64,000 nt of DNA from an uncultured Chloroflexia bacterium (lineage in GTDB: Bacteria; Chloroflexota; Limnocylindria; Limnocylindrales; CSP1-4). Below the pieces are notes generated by a model. The model saw nothing but the letters and a program-made list of their open reading frames with translations. It made no database searches and was not told the origin of the DNA. Position 1 is the stretch's first letter. Every line of letters begins with the position of its first letter. The stretch lies in the NCBI GenBank assembly GCA_963755995.1, contig CAVWLQ010000002.1:53028-117027 (forward strand), in the 5' to 3' direction. The translations under genes were made by a program, and so were the position numbers. Below, one piece after another: positions 59,275 through 64,000 of the stretch.

Positions 59275-60501
59275 TCAGCTCGGCGGTGGGGCGATGGGGA
59301 TCGTGAACGAGAACGTGCTGCCGGCGCCCTCGGTCGACTCGACCCGGATCCGGCCGCCGTGCTGCTCGACGATATGGCGGGCGATGGCCAGCCCGAGACC
59401 GGTCCCGCCGCTCTCGCCGCGGACGCGCGCCCGGTCGACCTTGTAGAAGCGCTCGAAGATGCGCGCCTGAGCCGCACGCGGGATCCCGACGCCGTGGTCC
59501 GCGACGGACACCACCACCTCCGGCGGCTCGCTCCGCACCGTGACGGTCACGGCCCCGCCGTCGGGGCTGAACTTGACCGCGTTGTGGAGCAGGTTGACCA
59601 GGACCTGCTGGAGGCGCGCCTCGTCCCCCCGGACGGTCGGCACCGGCTCGGGGATGACGACGGACAGGGCGACCCCCTGCCGTTCGGCGAACAGGCGCAG
59701 CCGGTCCGTCGCGTCCTGGGCGACCTCGCCCAGGTCGAGCGGGTCCATCGCCCCGAGCGCCCGGCCGCTCTCGATCCGGGACAGGTCGAGCAGCTCGTTG
59801 ACCATCTGGACGAGATGGCCCGTCTCCACCTCGATGCTCGCGATCCGGTCGCGCATCCGGGGCGGCACGCCCTTCCCGGCAGCCGCGGCATCCCGCGCCA
59901 GCGTCTCGGTCAGCAGGCTGACGGTCGTGAGCGGCGTGCGCAGCTCATGCGACAGGTTGTCGATGAACTCGGTCCGGATGCGCTGCAGGCGACGGAGCTC
60001 GGAGACGTCCTCGAGGATCAGCCAGATGCCGCCGCCCGGCGCCCGGTGCGCGTGGACGACGATGCGCGGACCGTCCGCGCCGGCCAGCGCCACCTCGCCG
60101 GTGGCCCGGCCGTCGGCGAATGCCGCGCGCGCGATCGCCTCCACCTGGAGGTCGAGGAACATCTCGATGAGCGACCGCCCGACCAGCGAGCCGGCTGCGC
60201 GCTGCATGAGGCCGTGGGCGGCCGCGTTGGCCGTGACGATCCGCAGCCGCTCGTCGACGCCGATGACACCCAGCCGGAGGGCCTCGATCAGTGCGGCCCG
60301 GTCGACGGCCGCGGCCGTCGCCTCCTCCTCGAGACGGGTCGTCCGTTCCCGGAGCTCGGTGATCGCGACGACGGGGTCCGTCCCGGGTGCGACATCCGCC
60401 GCTCGCTCCAGCGCGATGACCTGCCGGCGCGCGCGGGTCGCGGCCGCGCCGACGATCAGCAGGGCGCCCAACGCCACGATCGCGATCAGCCACGCCTCCA
60501 T
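59275..60501 (-). CDS. PhoR-like sensor histidine kinase (TM, PAS, HisKA, HATPase)
   Basis: EFIDNLSHELRTPL, NLLHNAVKF, DHGVGI, IFERFYKVDRAR, GTGLGLAI. Confidence 0.9.
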   Translation of the reverse strand: MEAWLIAIVALGALLIVGAAATRARRQVIALERAADVAPGTDPVVAITELRERTTRLEEEATAAAVDRAALIEALRLGVIGVDERLRIVTANAAAHGLMQRAAGSLVGRSLIEMFLDLQVEAIARAAFADGRATGEVALAGADGPRIVVHAHRAPGGGIWLILEDVSELRRLQRIRTEFIDNLSHELRTPLTTVSLLTETLARDAAAAGKGVPPRMRDRIASIEVETGHLVQMVNELLDLSRIESGRALGAMDPLDLGEVAQDATDRLRLFAERQGVALSVVIPEPVPTVRGDEARLQQVLVNLLHNAVKFSPDGGAVTVTVRSEPPEVVVSVADHGVGIPRAAQARIFERFYKVDRARVRGESGGTGLGLAIARHIVEQHGGRIRVESTEGAGSTFSFTIPIAPPPS

Positions 60502-60543
60502 CGCCGCGAGCATCCCACAGCCGAGCGCCGGGATGTTCGGCGG

Positions 60544-61614
60544 TCAGTCGCCGCGGCGCGGACGAACGCGAGCGGCCGGCCGGTCGTCCGGCAGGAAGCG
60601 CGGCCGCCACGCCCGGGTGAGGGAGGCGAAGGCTGTCGGCGCGAAGGCGTGGCGCAGGACGAGCAGGTGAGCGAGCCGGCGCGCGGAGCGTCGCGCGCGG
60701 GCCAGGGTGGCCGGGTCCGTGAGGGCCGCGGGGATGGCCGCCGCGGCATCGCCCGCCGCCAGGATCGAGGACACCCGGAGCGCCTCGTCGTCATCGGGCG
60801 AGGTCCCCGGCGGCCACGGCTCGTCGGGCTGGCGGTCGAGACCGGCCCGCCCGGCGGTCGCTGCCAGCGCCGTCACACCGGCCGCGTCGAGCGCCGCCAG
60901 CCGGGCGAGGAGCGCCCGGACGGCGACGCCGTTCGGCCCGTAGCGGGGCTGTCCCACGGCGGCCTGCCAGCCCCGGGTCAGGCGCTCCCGCGCGCGCTCG
61001 CGGAACGGGTCGGTCAGGAGCTCGTCGAGGAAGTCGCCGAGGACGAGCTCGGTCCCGAAGCCCTCGACGGCGTCGCGCACGCCGGGCCTGGCCGCCGCGG
61101 CAGGATCGAGCCGCGCGTCCACGGCCGTGGCCATCGCCGCGAGCGCCGCGAGCCGGTCCTCGGGCAGGAACCGCGCGATCGTGGCCCCGAAGGCGATCGG
61201 TGGCGGCTCGGCGCACGCGAGACGGTCGATCTCGTCGGGATCCAGCGCCGCGACGCGGTCCAGGAAGCGGGCCAGGGCCTCGGCCGGGTCGAGGGGGCGG
61301 CGCCGGACGCTCCGCGCGGTTTCGGGCGCCGCGGGGCCCGGCTCCCGGCGCGGGTCGCGACCGCCCGTGTCGCGGAGCGACCGGCGCAGGCCACGCTCGT
61401 GGTCGTACCGCGCCCGCAGCTCGGGATCGCTCAGCCAGTCGTGCGCGACGTTGATCCGCTTGGCCCGCTCGAGACCGGTCGGGCCTGCGACGTCCGGGTG
61501 GTGGAGGCGCAGCAGCGACCGCCAGGCGACCTCGATCGCCTCCGGACTGGCATCGACGGAGATCTCGAGGCGTGCGTACAGGTCGTCGGTGGGCAGCGTT
61601 GGGCGTGGTGGCAC
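60544..61614 (-). CDS. J-domain (DnaJ class C) protein with uncharacterised helical C-terminus
   Basis: DLYARL..AWR.LLR.HHPD..RINVAHDWLSDP..RARYD; TAGGAT 6 nt upstream of the GTG. Confidence 0.82.
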   Translation of the reverse strand: MPPRPTLPTDDLYARLEISVDASPEAIEVAWRSLLRLHHPDVAGPTGLERAKRINVAHDWLSDPELRARYDHERGLRRSLRDTGGRDPRREPGPAAPETARSVRRRPLDPAEALARFLDRVAALDPDEIDRLACAEPPPIAFGATIARFLPEDRLAALAAMATAVDARLDPAAAARPGVRDAVEGFGTELVLGDFLDELLTDPFRERARERLTRGWQAAVGQPRYGPNGVAVRALLARLAALDAAGVTALAATAGRAGLDRQPDEPWPPGTSPDDDEALRVSSILAAGDAAAAIPAALTDPATLARARRSARRLAHLLVLRHAFAPTAFASLTRAWRPRFLPDDRPAARVRPRRGD

Positions 61615-61663
61615 GTGTGAATCCTAGTGGTCAGCGACCCATCCGCTCGCTAGACTCCGCGAC

Positions 61664-62179
61664 GTGAGCTTCATCAAGCGCGCCAGGGAAGCCGCCGAGG
61701 CCGCTGCCGGGCAGGCGCAGCAGGCTGCGGGCATGGTCACGCACACCGCCGCCGACCCGGAGACACAGGAGCGGCTGGGCCAGTCCGCGCGGAGCGCCCT
61801 CGGCGCGGCACGCCGCGGCGTCTCGACCGTCGTGGAGCGGATCGACCCCGGCGTCCTGGCCGATCTCATCATCAAGTCGACTGCGCTCCAGGAGATGACC
61901 AACGGGTCGCTCCGCGAGAAGCGGTCGCCGTACCGGATCTCCGAGGTCAGCATCACGGCGTCGATCCCGCCGGGCGTGACGTTCGCCATCAGCCGGCTCG
62001 ACGTCCCCGATGAGGCGCTGACCGGGACCGAGGTCTCGTCCGAGCAGCTTGCGGAGGAGATGCCGGCCACCGGCGACGCGGTCATCTCGCTCGATGGCAC
62101 GAGCCTGAGCCAGGAGCAGCTGGCCGAGGTCCGGGCCGCGCTGGCGAGCGAGGTCCCCGAGGACATCGGCGGCGGCTGA
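61664..62179 (+). CDS. Conserved-looking hypothetical protein
   Basis: TAGACT 7 nt upstream of the GTG; normal codon usage; acidic C-terminus; no recognised family. Confidence 0.6.
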   Translation: MSFIKRAREAAEAAAGQAQQAAGMVTHTAADPETQERLGQSARSALGAARRGVSTVVERIDPGVLADLIIKSTALQEMTNGSLREKRSPYRISEVSITASIPPGVTFAISRLDVPDEALTGTEVSSEQLAEEMPATGDAVISLDGTSLSQEQLAEVRAALASEVPEDIGGG

Positions 62180-62200
62180 CGCCGCGACCGGCCCGACCGG

Positions 62201-63907
62201 CTAGTCCCGGGCGCCGGTCAGGAGCGCCTCGACCTCCTCGATCGAGCGGGTCGCCCGTTCCCCCGTCGCGCGTTCCGTGACCTCGACGCCGCCCGCCGCC
62301 AGCGAGCGCGGGCTGACGGTCAGGATCCAGGGCATGCCCAGCAGCTCGGCGTCCGTGAACTTGACGCCCGGCGACTCGTCCCGGTCGTCCCACAGGATCT
62401 CGCGGCCGGCGTCGACGGCGACCTGGTGGAGGCGCTCGGCGAGCTCCGCGACCCTGGGCTCCCTGGCCGCCCCGATCTCGACCAGGTGCGCGGCGTAGGG
62501 CGCGACCTCAGCCGGCCAGATGATGCCCTTGTCGTCATGGTGGGCTTCGACGACGCAGGCGACGTTGCGCCCGACGCCGATGCCGTACGAGCCCATGATG
62601 ATCGGGTGGGCCACGCCGTCCTCGCCGAGGTACGTCGCCCCGACCGCGTCGCTGTACCTCGTGCCGAGCTTGAAGATGTTGCCGACCTCGATCCCGTTGC
62701 GCAGGATCAGCGGCTGACCGCAGGTCGGGCAGGGATCGCCCTCCTGGGCGTTGGTCAGGTCGGCGACGACGTCCGGCGTGAAGTCGCGGCCGACGTTCAC
62801 GTTGCGGTAGTGCCAGCCGACCCGGTTGGCGCCCGCGACCAGGTTCGGCGAGCGCGCGACGAGGTCGTCCACGACGACGACCGTGTCGTGTGCGCCGATC
62901 GGCGACCCGTAGCCGGGCTCCATGCCGGCCGCCTTGATCTCCTCGATCGTGGCGGGCCGGAGGCCGCCGCCCTTGGCCGCGATGGCGTTGACGAGCTTGG
63001 TCTCGTTGACCTCGTGATCGCCGCGCACGATCGCGGTCACGAGGCGTCCGTCGCCGGTCACGAAGAACGCGGCCTTGGCCGTCCGCTCCGGTCCGATGCC
63101 GAGGAACGCGGCCAGCGTCGCGATCGTGGTCGTGCCGGGCGTCTCGACCTCCTCGAGCGGGGCGGCCTCCTCGGGGGCGGGATCGGGCTTGGGGATGACC
63201 GCGACCTGGCGATTGGCGGCGTAGCCGCACGCCTCGCACAGGACGAGGACGTCCTCGCCGGCCGGGTTGAGGACCATGAACTCATGGGCCAGGCTGCCGC
63301 CCATCATCCCGACGTCGGAGCTGACCGGGATCGCGTCGAGGCCGAGGCGCTCGAAGATCCGGACGTACGCGCCGTGCTGCGCCCAGTAGCTGGCGTCGAG
63401 GCCGGCCTCGTCGCGGTCGCAGCTGTAGGCGTCCTTCATGACGAACTCGCGGACGCGGATCAGACCGCCCCGGGCCCGCGGCTCGTCGCGCCACTTGGTC
63501 TGGAAGTGGTAGACCTGCAGCGGGAGCTGGCGCCACGACTTGACGATGTCGGCGAGGAGCAGGGCGACGACCTCCTCGTGGGTCATCGCAAGGACCATGT
63601 CCCGGCCGTTGCGATCCTTGAACCGGGTCAGCTCCGGGCCGACGGCGTCGAACCGGCCGCTCGCGCGCCAGACGTCCGCGGGGTGGACGACCGGCATCTC
63701 CAGCTCCTGGCCGCCGATCGCGTTCTGCTCCTCGCGGATGACCTGCTCGACCCGGTCGTTGACCCGCTTGCCGAGCGGCAGCAGCGAATAGATCCCGGAC
63801 CCGAGCTGGCGGACGTAGCCCGCGCGGACGAGCAGGCGGTGCGACGGCATCTCGGCGTCGGCCGGATCGTCACGGAGGGTGCTGAAGAAGAGCTGGGAGA
63901 GACGCAT
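62201..63907 (-). CDS. proS: Proline--tRNA ligase (bacterial type with INS editing domain)
   Basis: MRLSQLF..TLR, SHRLLVRAG, THEE, RDEPRARGGLIRVREF.MKDAYS, GIEVGNIFKLG, MGSYGIG, DDRDESPGVKF.DAELLG. Confidence 0.97.
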   Translation of the reverse strand: MRLSQLFFSTLRDDPADAEMPSHRLLVRAGYVRQLGSGIYSLLPLGKRVNDRVEQVIREEQNAIGGQELEMPVVHPADVWRASGRFDAVGPELTRFKDRNGRDMVLAMTHEEVVALLLADIVKSWRQLPLQVYHFQTKWRDEPRARGGLIRVREFVMKDAYSCDRDEAGLDASYWAQHGAYVRIFERLGLDAIPVSSDVGMMGGSLAHEFMVLNPAGEDVLVLCEACGYAANRQVAVIPKPDPAPEEAAPLEEVETPGTTTIATLAAFLGIGPERTAKAAFFVTGDGRLVTAIVRGDHEVNETKLVNAIAAKGGGLRPATIEEIKAAGMEPGYGSPIGAHDTVVVVDDLVARSPNLVAGANRVGWHYRNVNVGRDFTPDVVADLTNAQEGDPCPTCGQPLILRNGIEVGNIFKLGTRYSDAVGATYLGEDGVAHPIIMGSYGIGVGRNVACVVEAHHDDKGIIWPAEVAPYAAHLVEIGAAREPRVAELAERLHQVAVDAGREILWDDRDESPGVKFTDAELLGMPWILTVSPRSLAAGGVEVTERATGERATRSIEEVEALLTGARD

Positions 63908-64000
63908 CCGCGAAGGATAGCGGGCGCGCCGCCTCGCGACTGTCAGGCGGGATCGGTGACGAGCGACGACCATGCCGGCTTCCGGACGCCCCGGCCGAGC

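Noticed and set aside
63908-64000. T-box leader for proS
   Set aside because: A -10 box lies 6 nt before the ATG (leaderless-type start) and no T-box consensus is visible in the available sequence.

Overview
High-GC (roughly 70%+ by eye) bacterial chromosomal segment with about 60 tightly packed genes and no rRNA, tRNA, CRISPR or intact mobile element. Gene content and frequent leaderless-type -10 boxes suggest a Chloroflexota (Limnocylindria-like) or actinobacterial genome (inference). From left to right: aldehyde dehydrogenase, kelch lipoprotein, murein endopeptidase and PfkB kinase; a five-gene ketosynthase/cyclase/methyltransferase/FAD-oxidoreductase/NUDIX operon; a ~250-bp inverted-repeat element; two merR-MFS units; a K+ channel; an ECF sigma with a SecD-P1-like anti-sigma; deoC; an S9 peptidase; a degenerate DNA-ligase domain; an ABC-2 exporter. 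Then a ~14-kb polyphosphate/phosphate locus (ppk1, CYTH-CHAD, ppx, histone-H1/AlgP-like basic protein, metallophosphoesterase, two thymidylate-kinase-like proteins, crcB, pstSCAB-phoU, sixA) abuts an arsenic locus (aquaporin, MerR-ArsC fusion, arsR, arsM, ArsN2-like GNAT). The right end holds a ROK-regulated xylose cluster (xylFHG-like, xylAB), a PhoR-like kinase with EEP/GDPD phosphoesterases, a J-domain protein and proS. Several genes carry single-base indels that look like long-read errors and create false fusions in the ORF track. Best novelty candidates: the extended polyP operon and the MerR-ArsC fusion with its own MerR-type promoter and internal start. All calls come from motif recognition only; no database searches were run.
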